This document shows, in pieces, positions 36,581 to 46,784 of a stretch of DNA of 63,295 bases. The DNA lies in NCBI GenBank assembly GCA_016931955.1, contig JAFGDV010000024.1, positions 1-63,295 on the forward strand, read 5' to 3'. The notes below the pieces were generated by a model. It did not search any database, was not told where the DNA came from, and saw only the letters and a list, made by a program, of their open reading frames with translations. The DNA comes from Candidatus Altiarchaeota archaeon (GTDB taxonomy: Archaea; Altiarchaeota; Altiarchaeia; IMC4; QMZM01). Every line of letters starts with the position of its first letter. Within the stretch, counting starts at the first letter, position 1. A program made the translations under genes and the position numbers.

Positions 36581-38536
36581 ATGAAGTTCCTTCAATCCAT
36601 CACGCTGTTGGTGGTCTTCTCCCTGATGGCTTCTGCTCAGCAGCCCCTGGACTGCGATGCTTTGAAGAACAAGGTCTATCCTGGCTCCAAGGACTACAGG
36701 CTTACGAACGCAAACCTCTACTTTGACGTCGCATTGGATGGAACCATTGATGTCAGAGAGGAGGTAACCTACGACTTCTATTCGGGGAGGTTCTCCTTCG
36801 CATACCGGGATATCCGGGTTCCATCCTCTAAGGTATCAGATGTCTACGTCACAGAAGAGGGAGGCGAGATCTGTTACGACTTTTTTCCGAACTACAAGAG
36901 CGACACTGTCCGGATTAAGTGGTACTATGACGAAGTAAACAACAGAGAGAGAACGTTCACCTTACACTATAAGCTGAGAAACATAATCAATGCATACGAC
37001 GACGTTAATGAATTCTATTGGAAGGTGTGGGGTGGGGACTGGGATAAACCAGTAAACAATATCTATGGCGAGATAAGGCTCCCCTATGCTGTGAACGACC
37101 CAATGGAGGTCTACACTTGGGGCCACCCTGAACTGAAGGGCAAAATAGCACTCTCCAAGAACAACACAGTAATCTTTCAGACCTTTAATGTTCCAGCACA
37201 CCAGTGGGTCGAGGTCAGGGCAGTTTACCCGAGCTATGACTATGGAAAAGGAGCGTACACGAACCATGAGACAGGGGAAGGCTTGAAGAAGATAATCACC
37301 AAAGAAGAGAACTACTCAGGGAGTGGTGGGAACGCGTTTACTGTCGTTATCGCGTTATTTGTCCTAGAATGGCTTTTCATATTCATCAGCCCCATACTCT
37401 TCATGATATTCCCAAAACATCGGAAAAAGATAGGTTTGCTCATACTGCTCCTCTTCTTGCTCACATTCTTCGGCTTCTTCGCGATGCCATTACTCCTCGT
37501 CTTAGGCATCTCCTTGAATCCAACATACATCGCACTGCAGGCCATAGCCCTGCTTTCAGCGTTCATGCTCTGCTGGCATCGTTGGGGCAGGGAACCGAGG
37601 GTGGACTACTTGCAGATCTATGAGCGAGAGCCGCCTTATGACTATTCTCCTGCAGTAGTCTCAGCCCTCATGAATCAGCTCACACATGAACCCGATGAGG
37701 CGACGCTTATGGGAGAGATCCTGGACCTAGCCCATAGAGGGTATATAACGATAAAGAAGGTACCGAAGGAAAAATTCTTGGGCGTTTTTGGGAGAGACTA
37801 TGACTTTGAGATAGGCTTCAGCGAACATAAGGCCGACGAAGATACCCCTGAATCTGAGAAGAAACTCTTGGATTTCCTTAAAACAAAGGCAGAGGATAAA
37901 CCTATAACGTTCAAAAAATTGGAGGGGGAGATAAGGAAAACCCCCGAATCATCCAGAGAGTGGTTTAAGGGCTGGAAGAAGACCGTGAAGAAAGACGCTG
38001 AAAAAAGAGGATTCTTTGATAAGGCGACCGGTTTATGGGTTTTTCTGGCAGCTTCCATGATTATTGCTGCATTCTTCTTTATCTATAACTTCATCATCAG
38101 TTTGGTTGTAACAGGCTTCCTAGTCTCTGTGTTGGTTCTCTTGTTCCCGGGGATACTGCCTAAGCGGACGCATGAGGGTGCGTTGCACTTTCTGAGGTGG
38201 ATGAACCTCAAAAAATTCTTGGAGGATTTCAGCCAGCTTAGCAGGATGCCGCCTGACGCAGTAGTCCTCTGGGAGAAGTACCTAGTCTATGCTACATCAT
38301 TGGGTGTTTCAAGGGAGGTTGAAAAAGCCATGGATCAGGTGTTCTCGAAGCTCCCAGAGTCTTCCAGAGCAGTTATGTACGGCGGCATCACCGGTTCAGG
38401 TATGACAGGATTCAGTTCAAGCTTCTCCTCTTCGTTCGCTTCATCCTTCGCCTCTGCTTCCTCGACCTCGGGCAGCGGCGGCTTCAGCGGCGGGGGCGGC
38501 GGCGGGGGCGGAGGAGGCGGAGGAGGAGCCGGCTGA
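36581..38536 (+). CDS. DUF2207 membrane protein
   Basis: DGTIDVREEVTY, EFYWKVWGGDW, WEKYLVYATSLGV, Ser/Gly-rich tail. Confidence 0.9.
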   Translation: MKFLQSITLLVVFSLMASAQQPLDCDALKNKVYPGSKDYRLTNANLYFDVALDGTIDVREEVTYDFYSGRFSFAYRDIRVPSSKVSDVYVTEEGGEICYDFFPNYKSDTVRIKWYYDEVNNRERTFTLHYKLRNIINAYDDVNEFYWKVWGGDWDKPVNNIYGEIRLPYAVNDPMEVYTWGHPELKGKIALSKNNTVIFQTFNVPAHQWVEVRAVYPSYDYGKGAYTNHETGEGLKKIITKEENYSGSGGNAFTVVIALFVLEWLFIFISPILFMIFPKHRKKIGLLILLLFLLTFFGFFAMPLLLVLGISLNPTYIALQAIALLSAFMLCWHRWGREPRVDYLQIYEREPPYDYSPAVVSALMNQLTHEPDEATLMGEILDLAHRGYITIKKVPKEKFLGVFGRDYDFEIGFSEHKADEDTPESEKKLLDFLKTKAEDKPITFKKLEGEIRKTPESSREWFKGWKKTVKKDAEKRGFFDKATGLWVFLAASMIIAAFFFIYNFIISLVVTGFLVSVLVLLFPGILPKRTHEGALHFLRWMNLKKFLEDFSQLSRMPPDAVVLWEKYLVYATSLGVSREVEKAMDQVFSKLPESSRAVMYGGITGSGMTGFSSSFSSSFASSFASASSTSGSGGFSGGGGGGGGGGGGGAG

Positions 38537-39255
38537 TGGACATCCTTTCTGGTGTGGAGATTCATGGGTTAGGTCTTTATTTGAGGGGGCAGAGGACATT
38601 GGTCATAGCGGACTTGCACCTCGGCTATGAGGAGGAATTGATGCGCTTCGGCTACCTTGTTCCTAGATTCCAGTACAATGAGATCATAGAGCACATGGAA
38701 AAGATCCTCTCAGAGGTGGATGCTGAGAAGGTCGTAATAAACGGCGACCTCAAGCACGAGTTCGGCCGGATCAGCGAGCAGGAGTGGACTGAGGTCTTGA
38801 ATTTCTTGGACTTTCTCTCGGAGAGGGTTGAAGAGATCATCCTAGTCAGAGGAAACCATGATACAATCATCGGTCCGATAGCCTCGAAGAGGAAGGTAAA
38901 GATTCAGGAGAAATACTTCATTGGGGAGGATGGGGTCTATATCACCCACGGACACGAGATTCCCTCTGATAACGACTTCAAGAAATCGAGGGTAGTGGTA
39001 ATAGCACATGATCACCCTGCGATCTCTCTCAGGGAGGAGATCCGGGTCGAGAAGGTTAAGTGTTTTTTGAAGGGGAACTGGGGTGATAAGATATTGATTC
39101 AGATGCCTTCCCTGAATTTTGTAACAGAGGGGACGGACCTTACGAAGGAAAAGCCTTTGTCGCCTTTCATGGACCAGGATTTGGACGAATTCGAAGCCTA
39201 CGGCGTGGAGGGCTTTAAGGTGTTCTATTTTGGGAGGATAACTGGGCTCCTATAG
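38536..39255 (+). CDS. Metallophosphoesterase (calcineurin-like)
   Basis: ADLHLG, NGDLKH, RGNHD, HGH, HDHP. Confidence 0.92.
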   Translation: MDILSGVEIHGLGLYLRGQRTLVIADLHLGYEEELMRFGYLVPRFQYNEIIEHMEKILSEVDAEKVVINGDLKHEFGRISEQEWTEVLNFLDFLSERVEEIILVRGNHDTIIGPIASKRKVKIQEKYFIGEDGVYITHGHEIPSDNDFKKSRVVVIAHDHPAISLREEIRVEKVKCFLKGNWGDKILIQMPSLNFVTEGTDLTKEKPLSPFMDQDLDEFEAYGVEGFKVFYFGRITGLL

Positions 39256-39290
39256 GTTATCTTGATATCATCCAATGTATTACAGGGATA

Positions 39291-40733
39291 ATGGAAAAGC
39301 TTTCTGTTGTCGTGGTCTTAGTCATCCTACTAAGCGGCTGCGTGAGTCTAAGAGAGTATCTTTATAGTACGACAAGTCCTGATGTGACATCGTCCACGGT
39401 AACGTCGACGTCGACTTCGACCACCTCTACTTCTACGACTACGACATCCACTACTTCAACAACTCAACCGCCTTTGAAGTATCCTGAACTGCTAGAATGC
39501 GAGAAAAAAAATGGCTATGAAAGAGACGACTGCTTCTATGACGTCGCCGTCGATAGACAGGACTTCACGCTCTGTGAGGAGATCGACGGTAATGTGTTGA
39601 TGACTGTCTGCGTTGCGGCAGAAAAAAAGGACTCGAACATATGCGGCTTCATCAACGACCTGCAGACAAGGGATAAATGCCTTTATGGCGTAGCCGTCAC
39701 CAAGAAGGATGAGAGGGTATGTGAAAGCATAGAGTTGGACATATTAAAGGATACCTGCTACCTGAAGATCTCAAAGAAGAAGGGGGATGAGAAGATATGT
39801 GACAGCATAAGATTTTCCACGATAAGAGATATGTGTCTCAGCGACTGCTCTATAAGGGAGGTCTCTTCTGACCTGATAGGTTCAGTAGGTAAAGACGACT
39901 ACATTGAGGTCAGCATAGAGACCAGAGAATGCGATGGACTGGAGGTTAGCTATAAGGCTGACTTAGAATACCTTTCACTGCTGAATCAGTCAACCAAGAA
40001 AGTCGAATCATCTGAGGAAGGAATAACCTTCAGGTTTAAGTGCGATAGGCCTTGTGAGGAAACGTATCTATACCTGAGGGTCGGGGAGGAAGAGATCATA
40101 GAGAAGGCCGCCTGCATGGGTTTTTCCCCTACAGCGGAGTGCAGTATCCATTTTCTGGCGAATGAATCGCTGCTCGACTCTAGGGTAACAGAGGACATCA
40201 ATGTAACGATACTCGCCGAGGAGTGTATAGGAGAGAAGGTCAATTATTCCATGGAGCCGTTAAGCTTGTATTTCTCTCACTGGGTCTTCAACGGCGCCCT
40301 GAGGGCTAACTCATCCAATAAAGTAAAAAGCGACCTCGAGAGGATAACACTATATTATAGATGCAATGGCACCTACGACGGAATCCTTGTGAAGACCAAG
40401 GTAGGGGATCAGGAGGTGAACAACTACGCTGTCTGCAGGGTTAAGCCGGAGTGTTCTCTCAGGTTCTTGGAGGATAAATCGATGTTGGAGGCGAATGAGG
40501 GTGGTGTGGTTCACCTGACTGTCCTGGCTGAGGAGTGTAGAGAAGAGGAAGTAAAGCACTCAGCCGAATCTGGGTGGCTTGAATTCGTTAACGCTTCTTC
40601 GGGGAGTGTTTCAAGCAATCGGGAGGAGATATCTGTAGAATATCGCTGCAGGAAGTCGACCGAGTTTCTGCTGTACATAAGCATCAACATAGGAAATGAG
40701 GAGATTGTCAGATACGCGCGATGTATGCCCTAG
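39291..40733 (+). CDS. Cys-rich lipoprotein with Thr/Ser linker, ~26-aa Cys repeats and three ~105-aa C-terminal repeats
   Basis: LLSGC lipobox; RDxC..VA..K.D...C..I repeats; CSIRE/CSIHF/CSLRF repeat starts. Confidence 0.8.
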   Translation: MEKLSVVVVLVILLSGCVSLREYLYSTTSPDVTSSTVTSTSTSTTSTSTTTTSTTSTTQPPLKYPELLECEKKNGYERDDCFYDVAVDRQDFTLCEEIDGNVLMTVCVAAEKKDSNICGFINDLQTRDKCLYGVAVTKKDERVCESIELDILKDTCYLKISKKKGDEKICDSIRFSTIRDMCLSDCSIREVSSDLIGSVGKDDYIEVSIETRECDGLEVSYKADLEYLSLLNQSTKKVESSEEGITFRFKCDRPCEETYLYLRVGEEEIIEKAACMGFSPTAECSIHFLANESLLDSRVTEDINVTILAEECIGEKVNYSMEPLSLYFSHWVFNGALRANSSNKVKSDLERITLYYRCNGTYDGILVKTKVGDQEVNNYAVCRVKPECSLRFLEDKSMLEANEGGVVHLTVLAEECREEEVKHSAESGWLEFVNASSGSVSSNREEISVEYRCRKSTEFLLYISINIGNEEIVRYARCMP

Positions 40734-40738
40734 GTAGC

Positions 40739-40831
40739 CTACTTTTTATGCATTCTCTTAAGCTTTTTCCTTCTCTTCCGGAGCTTATGCGTTCGCATCT
40801 TCTGGATCTTTCGCTTTCTTCCACAGGGCAT
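40739..40831 (-). CDS. 30-aa basic protein, mS38/bS22 (AURKAIP1/COX24)-like ribosomal protein candidate (not in ORF track)
   Basis: MPCGRKRKIQKMRTHKLRKRRKKLKRMHKK*; TATA-like TTTATATTAA ~25 nt upstream. Confidence 0.7.
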   Translation of the reverse strand: MPCGRKRKIQKMRTHKLRKRRKKLKRMHKK

Positions 40832-41035
40832 AAGATAAGATTCGGATTCCGTTAATATAAATCACCGCATAATACGTTCTCTGGAGTATTATTATTTCCC
40901 TTAACTACCCAAGAAAAACGAAAAGTATTTATACCAAGAGTTACACTATAGTATATACCGGCAATCTGAGAACGGTGTCAAGCTGTTTCTCGGGATGGTT
41001 GGAAGCCGAGATAAAGTAAATGGTTGGGGGGGAAA

Positions 41036-41956
41036 ATGACATCCTGCAGAGTATGCAATAGCACTAAGCTTATTGTAGACTACCGACACGGTGAAGTAGT
41101 CTGTAGGCAATGTGGACTGGTTCAGGAAGACAAACTCTTTGATTTTGGACCCGAATGGAGGGCCTTCGACGAAGAACAGATGAATAAACGCTCTCGGACG
41201 GGTGGGCCGCTGAAGTTCGCGAAACAGAACATCGGCCTTACCACGGAGATAGACCGATACGACCGAGACATCAAGGGAAGCGCTGTCCCATCTGAGCGAA
41301 AGGCTCAACTCTACCGTCTTAGAAAATGGCAGCGCCGCTCTAGGATGGGCACCTCCGTAGACAGGAACCTATCCATCGCGTTACCTGAGTTGGATAGGAT
41401 GTGTGCGCACCTGAATGTTGCGCCGAATATAAAGGAGGAATGCGCCCGCTGGTACAGGAAGTGCGTTAACCAGGGGATCGTCAGGGGTAGGTCGATAGAA
41501 AGCGTAATAGCAGCCATAATATACATGGTATCAAGGAAGCATCAGCTGCCCAAGACACTCAAGGAATTGGAGGAGGTCTCCGGTGTGAAGAAGAAAGACA
41601 TCGGCAGAAGCTACCGAACCATCTGCAGACGGCTGGAGTTGAAGATGCCTGTCGTCAAGGCTTCAGACTATGTGCCAAGACTAGCATCTCAATTGGGTGT
41701 TTCCGGCAAGACGGAGGCGAAAGCCATGGAGATGCTCGAGAAGGCGAGAAAGAGGGGTATCATCTCTGGAAAGGTGCCTATAAGCATCGCGGCAGCAGCC
41801 ATCTATGTTGCGGGTAGGATGAACGACGACAAGCAGACTGAGACGATAATTGGTGTGGACGAGGTTCCTGAATCCGCTATAAAGAACAGGTACGATGAAC
41901 TCCTCCGGGAGTTCAAGAACAGGAATCTTATCAAAGCCCATCCGATACCTGGTTGA
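41036..41956 (+). CDS. tfb: Transcription initiation factor IIB
   Basis: CRVC..CRQCG Zn ribbon, GPEWRAF B-reader, RLRKWQ, RGRSIE. Confidence 0.95.
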   Translation: MTSCRVCNSTKLIVDYRHGEVVCRQCGLVQEDKLFDFGPEWRAFDEEQMNKRSRTGGPLKFAKQNIGLTTEIDRYDRDIKGSAVPSERKAQLYRLRKWQRRSRMGTSVDRNLSIALPELDRMCAHLNVAPNIKEECARWYRKCVNQGIVRGRSIESVIAAIIYMVSRKHQLPKTLKELEEVSGVKKKDIGRSYRTICRRLELKMPVVKASDYVPRLASQLGVSGKTEAKAMEMLEKARKRGIISGKVPISIAAAAIYVAGRMNDDKQTETIIGVDEVPESAIKNRYDELLREFKNRNLIKAHPIPG

Positions 41957-41980
41957 ATACCTTCTTCTTTTTTTATTTTA

Positions 41981-42631
41981 TTAACCCTTTAATAGTGTGA
42001 TGACGTCCTTAGAAGCCTCTGTCTTTGACACTACTATGAGCAGGTCCCCTTTCCTCAGTATTGCCTCAGGCGAAGCTATTACTATCTCCCCGCCCCGCGA
42101 TATCAGACCTATGACGGCTTCTGAGGGCAACCCTGCGTCCTTTATCTTCCTCCCATCCAAGGCTTCATTGGTCAACCTTATCTCAAGTATCTCTGCCTTG
42201 CCTTTCTCGATGGAAATGATGCTTCTACCCCTGCCCTGGGTTATGGCGTTCTTGAAGTAGCTGACGATCGCGGCTATGGGGCTTATAGCTGCAGTTATTT
42301 CTAAGCTTATATACAGGTCCTGCTTTGTTGGATCATTGACCCTTGAAACAATCCTCTTCACGTTAAACTTCTTGACTATCTGGCAGATGGTTAGGTTTGT
42401 ATTGTCGTCTCTTGTCAGGATAACCACTGCGTCGGCTTTTTCTATGCCAGCGTCCTTCAGGATTTCTGTGTTGCTTCCGTCCCCATGGATTACGAGGGCG
42501 TCCATCGATCCTGCCAACGCCTTAGCCCTTTCCTCGTCCTCTTCAACAACGACGATCTCATGGTCCTCACCTGCCAGATGCTTTGCGAGAGCCGATCCTG
42601 TTTCACCGCAGCCTATGATTATTATATACAT
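41981..42631 (-). CDS. trkA: Trk potassium uptake protein TrkA
   Basis: IIIGCGETG Rossmann motif, GDGS..LKDAGIEKAD, TrkA-C. Confidence 0.92.
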   Translation of the reverse strand: MYIIIIGCGETGSALAKHLAGEDHEIVVVEEDEERAKALAGSMDALVIHGDGSNTEILKDAGIEKADAVVILTRDDNTNLTICQIVKKFNVKRIVSRVNDPTKQDLYISLEITAAISPIAAIVSYFKNAITQGRGRSIISIEKGKAEILEIRLTNEALDGRKIKDAGLPSEAVIGLISRGGEIVIASPEAILRKGDLLIVVSKTEASKDVITLLKG

Positions 42632-42727
42632 TTTGATTACCTATCTCTATTAGACATTGGAATATAAATATGTTGTAACTTAGATTATACACTATTGGTT
42701 AAAAATGCTTAAAAAGGGTGGGAGAGG

Positions 42728-43492
42728 GTGATAGACGAGACCGTGATTAGCAGGCTTATAGTGAAGAACGCTGTGGACGACTTTCTCGCTAGCCTCGAGG
42801 TTGATGTCGCCATCGCCGGCAGTGGACCCTCTGGTCTAGTCGCGGCCAAGTATATTGCAGAAAACAACGCCTCAGTCGCCTTGTTTGAAAGGAAGCTCTC
42901 CGTTGGTGGTGGAATGTGGGGCGGAGGCATGATGTTCCCCAAGATAGTTGTCCAGGAGGATGCCATATCAATCCTTGAAGAATTCAGGATAGACTACACA
43001 GAGGAGGAAGGTATGTTTGTTGCCAACTCCATTGAATCCGTCGCTAAGCTGACTGCTAAAGCGATCGACTCAGGGGCTAAGATCTTTAACTGTATCTCAG
43101 TAGAAGACGTAATCATCCGCGAATCGGGGATCTCCGGCTTCGTGGTGAACTGGAGTTCGGTCGAACTTGCTGGACTGCATGTGGATCCTCTAGCTGTTAG
43201 ATCCCGGTTCTGTGTTGACGCCACCGGCCATCCTGCAGAGGTCTGCCATATCGTCCAGCGGAAGGTGGGTAAACTGCAGACGACTTCAGGCGAGATCGAG
43301 GGGGAAGGATCGATGTGGGCGGAGAAATCGGAGTCACTCGTCGTCGACAATACGCGGGAGATTTACCCCAACCTCTACGTTACAGGCATGGCTGCTAACG
43401 CCGTCTTCGGCTCTCCAAGGATGGGACCCATCTTCGGAGGCATGCTTCTCTCAGGTAAAAAGGTTGCTGAGCTTATCATAGATAGGCTGTAA
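42728..43492 (+). CDS. thi4: Thiazole synthase Thi4 (His-type, sulfide-dependent)
   Basis: GSGPSGL, GGGMWGGG, LHVDP, PRMGPIFGGMLLSG. Confidence 0.95.
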   Translation: MIDETVISRLIVKNAVDDFLASLEVDVAIAGSGPSGLVAAKYIAENNASVALFERKLSVGGGMWGGGMMFPKIVVQEDAISILEEFRIDYTEEEGMFVANSIESVAKLTAKAIDSGAKIFNCISVEDVIIRESGISGFVVNWSSVELAGLHVDPLAVRSRFCVDATGHPAEVCHIVQRKVGKLQTTSGEIEGEGSMWAEKSESLVVDNTREIYPNLYVTGMAANAVFGSPRMGPIFGGMLLSGKKVAELIIDRL

Positions 43493-43497
43493 ATGGT

Positions 43498-44172
43498 TTA
43501 GGTTTCTGAACAGACTTCTCCGAAGACTGTGAACATCGTCACCCCTGCCATGAATGAACCAAGGGCTGTTCCGATTACTGGTATGATGGACAGCACGCCG
43601 ACAACTACTATGTAGTAGAGCACCATAAGCACCCATGGAACGAAGTAATTCAAAGTCAGAATCTTCTTTTTTATTTCCCCGAACTTGAAGGCTGAACCGA
43701 ATTTGTCGTCCTTCACGTATGCTAGAAGCGCCGCAGGCAGCATGTATCCCGCCAGCAACACTAAGACCAGGGAGACTAGTGCGCCTATAATAATCGACCC
43801 GACGGATAGGACAGCCATGCCTTCTGAGCCAGTCTCTGCCCCGCTTATCAGAGCCACTAGAAATGCCCCAAAACTAACTGCCATCACTATCAATGCTGGC
43901 AGCATGTAGATGAGCACTATCACGAAGGCGATTAAACCGCTCACGAAGAGCTTTCCCCAGTCAACCCACTCAGGCAGCTTGAAGTCTTGATTCATCGCAG
44001 TTTTCCCGCATTTTAGATAGAATCCGGTGACCAGCATCTCAACCAGCAGCCCTGGTATGATAAGCAGGGTCAGCAGGAGGGAAGCAATCCCCAATACTAC
44101 TCCAATGGCCAGCGTCTTCGAATCCATGAAGGGTCTTTTGATAGCCCTCTCGTAATCGACCAAATTAACCAC
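43498..44172 (-). CDS. DUF4013 membrane protein
   Basis: AIKRPF, GFYLK, LPEWVDWGKLFVSGL, FGSAFKF. Confidence 0.85.
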   Translation of the reverse strand: MVNLVDYERAIKRPFMDSKTLAIGVVLGIASLLLTLLIIPGLLVEMLVTGFYLKCGKTAMNQDFKLPEWVDWGKLFVSGLIAFVIVLIYMLPALIVMAVSFGAFLVALISGAETGSEGMAVLSVGSIIIGALVSLVLVLLAGYMLPAALLAYVKDDKFGSAFKFGEIKKKILTLNYFVPWVLMVLYYIVVVGVLSIIPVIGTALGSFMAGVTMFTVFGEVCSET

Positions 44173-44251
44173 CTCCGAGTTTTTATTGATGGTATTATTT
44201 GTTTTTGTGGGCTAATATATTTATAGTTGCTCGCCTATTCTATTATTGTAG

Positions 44252-44719
44252 ATGAAAATGAGGCGCATTCAAGAAGGTGTTAAGGGTCAAGCTGCCTTGG
44301 AGTACTTGATGACCTATGGCTGGGCTATTCTCGTGATCCTCATAGTCGGGGTCGTCTTGTGGCAGATGGGGGTCTTCAATCCCGCATCAACGCCTCCAGG
44401 CTGCAGCGGCTTCTCCCACATCGTCCCAGTAGACACAAAACTCAGCGGCGACAAGCTCCAAGTGTTTGTAACCAATGAAGCTGGGACGAGGCTGGAAGTC
44501 ACCGTTGCACCAACAGCGACTATTGGATCTTCAAGTCCTGTTACAGGAACGATTCCTGGATTGATGCGACCTGGTTCAACCAAGGATATCAATTTCACAT
44601 TATCTAATTCGTTTACCTCTGGAGAATACTATCGCGCCAACATCGTCATAAGTTACACAAACCAGTTGTCTGGGATGCCGCATAAGAGTTCTGGTTACTG
44701 TTGGGGTAACGTCGAATAG
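44252..44719 (+). CDS. Archaeal type IV pilin-like protein (class III signal peptide)
   Basis: KG|QAALEYLMTYGWAILVILIVGVVL. Confidence 0.9.
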   Translation: MKMRRIQEGVKGQAALEYLMTYGWAILVILIVGVVLWQMGVFNPASTPPGCSGFSHIVPVDTKLSGDKLQVFVTNEAGTRLEVTVAPTATIGSSSPVTGTIPGLMRPGSTKDINFTLSNSFTSGEYYRANIVISYTNQLSGMPHKSSGYCWGNVE

Positions 44720-44722
44720 TCT

Positions 44723-45973
44723 TCAGAGTTCCCTTAGTTTTTCTTTCAGTTCTGTTATCTTTATTTTCTCTTGTTTTCCGGTGTCCAAGTCTCTTAAGGT
44801 GGCTTTTTCCTCTTTCAGATCCTCTGAGCCGACTATGAGAACGTATCTTGCGTGGATGTCGCCTGCGTATTGTAGGATCTTATCCAGCTTCCGGTTCATC
44901 ACGTCCATGTCTATTATAAGTCCGTCCCTGAGGCTGGATGCTATCCTCAAGGCATCCTCTCTCATGGAGGCATTAACTGGCGCAATAACCGCATCCACTC
45001 GCCTTTCTGGAATCTTTATCTCCTGTAGTTCGAGTGCGTTCATGACGCGGTCGAAGCCGAATGCGAAGCCTACTGCCGGAATCTTCAATCCTGAGAACAA
45101 CTCTATCAGGTTATCGTATCTGCCGCCGCCGCATACCTGGTTTTGGGCTCCGAGGCCGTGAACCCTTACCTCAAAGACTACAGCGGTGTAGTATTCCAGG
45201 CCTCGCACAATACCAAGATTCAATGCGTATTCTATATTCATATAGTCAAGCCAACCCAGGACCTCTTTTAGTTCACTTAGGGCTTCTCTGGCTTTTTTGT
45301 GTCCTCGTAGTAGTTCATCTGCTTTCTGTATTATCCCTGTCATCCCCTTAAGCCCTATCAGGTCGAATATTGCTTTTTCGTCTACTATCTCTTTCAGTTG
45401 CTCTATGTCATCTTTGTCGATGCATGCGATCACCCTGCCCTGTAGTTTTTCTTCTATTCCTAAATCATCCATTAATCCGCGCAGTATTCCTATGTGCCCT
45501 ACTTCCAGCGTGAATTCCAAGCCCAGCTTCTTCAGTGAATCGTATGCGAGAGATATTACTTCGGCGTCGGCTTCCGGTCCTTTTGGTCCTATCAGTTCCA
45601 CTCCAAGGTGCCAGAATTCTCGGTAGCGTCCCTTCTGCGGTCTCTCATAGCGGAACATTGGGCAGAAGTAGTACAGTCTCAGGGGCAGGCGGCTGTCTCT
45701 CAGCTCCTCTGAGTACATCCTGCAGACTGATGCTGTGGCCTCTGGTCTGAGGCAGAGTCTTCTCCCTGACTTGTCTTCGAAGACGTACATGTGTTCCGCT
45801 ATTTCCTCCCCAGACTTCAGCTGGAATAGGTCTGCGTGCTCGAACGTCGGCGTCTGGATCCGCCTGTAGTTGTGGCTTCTGAATACTTCCTCGATGGAGT
45901 CTTCAACGTATTCTCTATCTTCTATCTCATCGGGCGGAAAATCCCGGGTACCCCTTGGTTTTTTTACCTTCAT
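44723..45973 (-). CDS. hisS: Histidine--tRNA ligase
   Basis: PRGTRDF, LRPEAT, FRYERPQKGRYREF, RGLEYY, GGGRYD. Confidence 0.97.
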   Translation of the reverse strand: MKVKKPRGTRDFPPDEIEDREYVEDSIEEVFRSHNYRRIQTPTFEHADLFQLKSGEEIAEHMYVFEDKSGRRLCLRPEATASVCRMYSEELRDSRLPLRLYYFCPMFRYERPQKGRYREFWHLGVELIGPKGPEADAEVISLAYDSLKKLGLEFTLEVGHIGILRGLMDDLGIEEKLQGRVIACIDKDDIEQLKEIVDEKAIFDLIGLKGMTGIIQKADELLRGHKKAREALSELKEVLGWLDYMNIEYALNLGIVRGLEYYTAVVFEVRVHGLGAQNQVCGGGRYDNLIELFSGLKIPAVGFAFGFDRVMNALELQEIKIPERRVDAVIAPVNASMREDALRIASSLRDGLIIDMDVMNRKLDKILQYAGDIHARYVLIVGSEDLKEEKATLRDLDTGKQEKIKITELKEKLREL

Positions 45974-46010
45974 TCCGATATTTTAGAATAGTGATTCTAT
46001 TAAAATAAGG

Positions 46011-46784
46011 ATGGAAAGGTTTGTTTTATTGGTTTTGGCGGTCGCCCTTGTCTTGGGTTGCGTCTCAGAGGACGTTGAGGTGACTACCTCTACAACGCCG
46101 AAGCTCATAGCCGAATGGGGGGATACCGTCCAAGTCAACTACATCGGAAGACTCACTAATGGCTCGGTCTTTGACACATCCTATGAAGACGTTGCCAGGG
46201 AAGCAGGCATCTACAGCTTCTTCAGGGAATATTCACCTTTAAAGTTCACGTTGGGTGACGATGAGATCATCCCCGGCTTAGAGGATGCTGTTGATGGCAT
46301 GTCTGTCGGCGAAAATAAGACCGTCACGTTATCGCCTGAAGACGCCTACGGTGAATGGGATCCTAGTAAGGTGGAGGAGATGGATCGAACCCAGACCAGT
46401 GATCGCGTTGAGGAAGTCTCCCTTGAACTTTTCGTGGAGAACGTGGGTGAGGAGCCCTTCCCTGGTATGATCTACAAAGCTGCACCGTATAACTGGAACA
46501 GGACGGTGCTCGAAATCAACGACGATATTGTAACAATAAGGCATGACCCTGAACCCGGCACAGTAATTAGCACCTCTTTCGGTCTGGCCAACGTCAGCGT
46601 GGATGAACAATTCATCTACGTTAGGGTGAATCCATCTGAAGGAGAATTCGTTTCTACTCCAGTCGGCTGGGCCGAGGTCGTGGATGTCTCAGAGGACGTC
46701 ATTACATTAGATTTTAATCATCATCTGGCGGGTGAAACATTAGTCTTTTACATTAGACTTGAAGGCGTTACCAGAGGGCGTTGA
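46011..46784 (+). CDS. FKBP-type peptidyl-prolyl isomerase (SlyD-like) with lipoprotein signal
   Basis: LVLGC; VNYIGRL.NGSVFDTS; IPGLEDAV; DFNHHLAGETL. Confidence 0.9.
   Translation: MERFVLLVLAVALVLGCVSEDVEVTTSTTPKLIAEWGDTVQVNYIGRLTNGSVFDTSYEDVAREAGIYSFFREYSPLKFTLGDDEIIPGLEDAVDGMSVGENKTVTLSPEDAYGEWDPSKVEEMDRTQTSDRVEEVSLELFVENVGEEPFPGMIYKAAPYNWNRTVLEINDDIVTIRHDPEPGTVISTSFGLANVSVDEQFIYVRVNPSEGEFVSTPVGWAEVVDVSEDVITLDFNHHLAGETLVFYIRLEGVTRGR

Noticed and set aside
38480-38536. GGC/GGA repeat tract
   Set aside because: Normal Gly-rich tail of DUF2207 proteins
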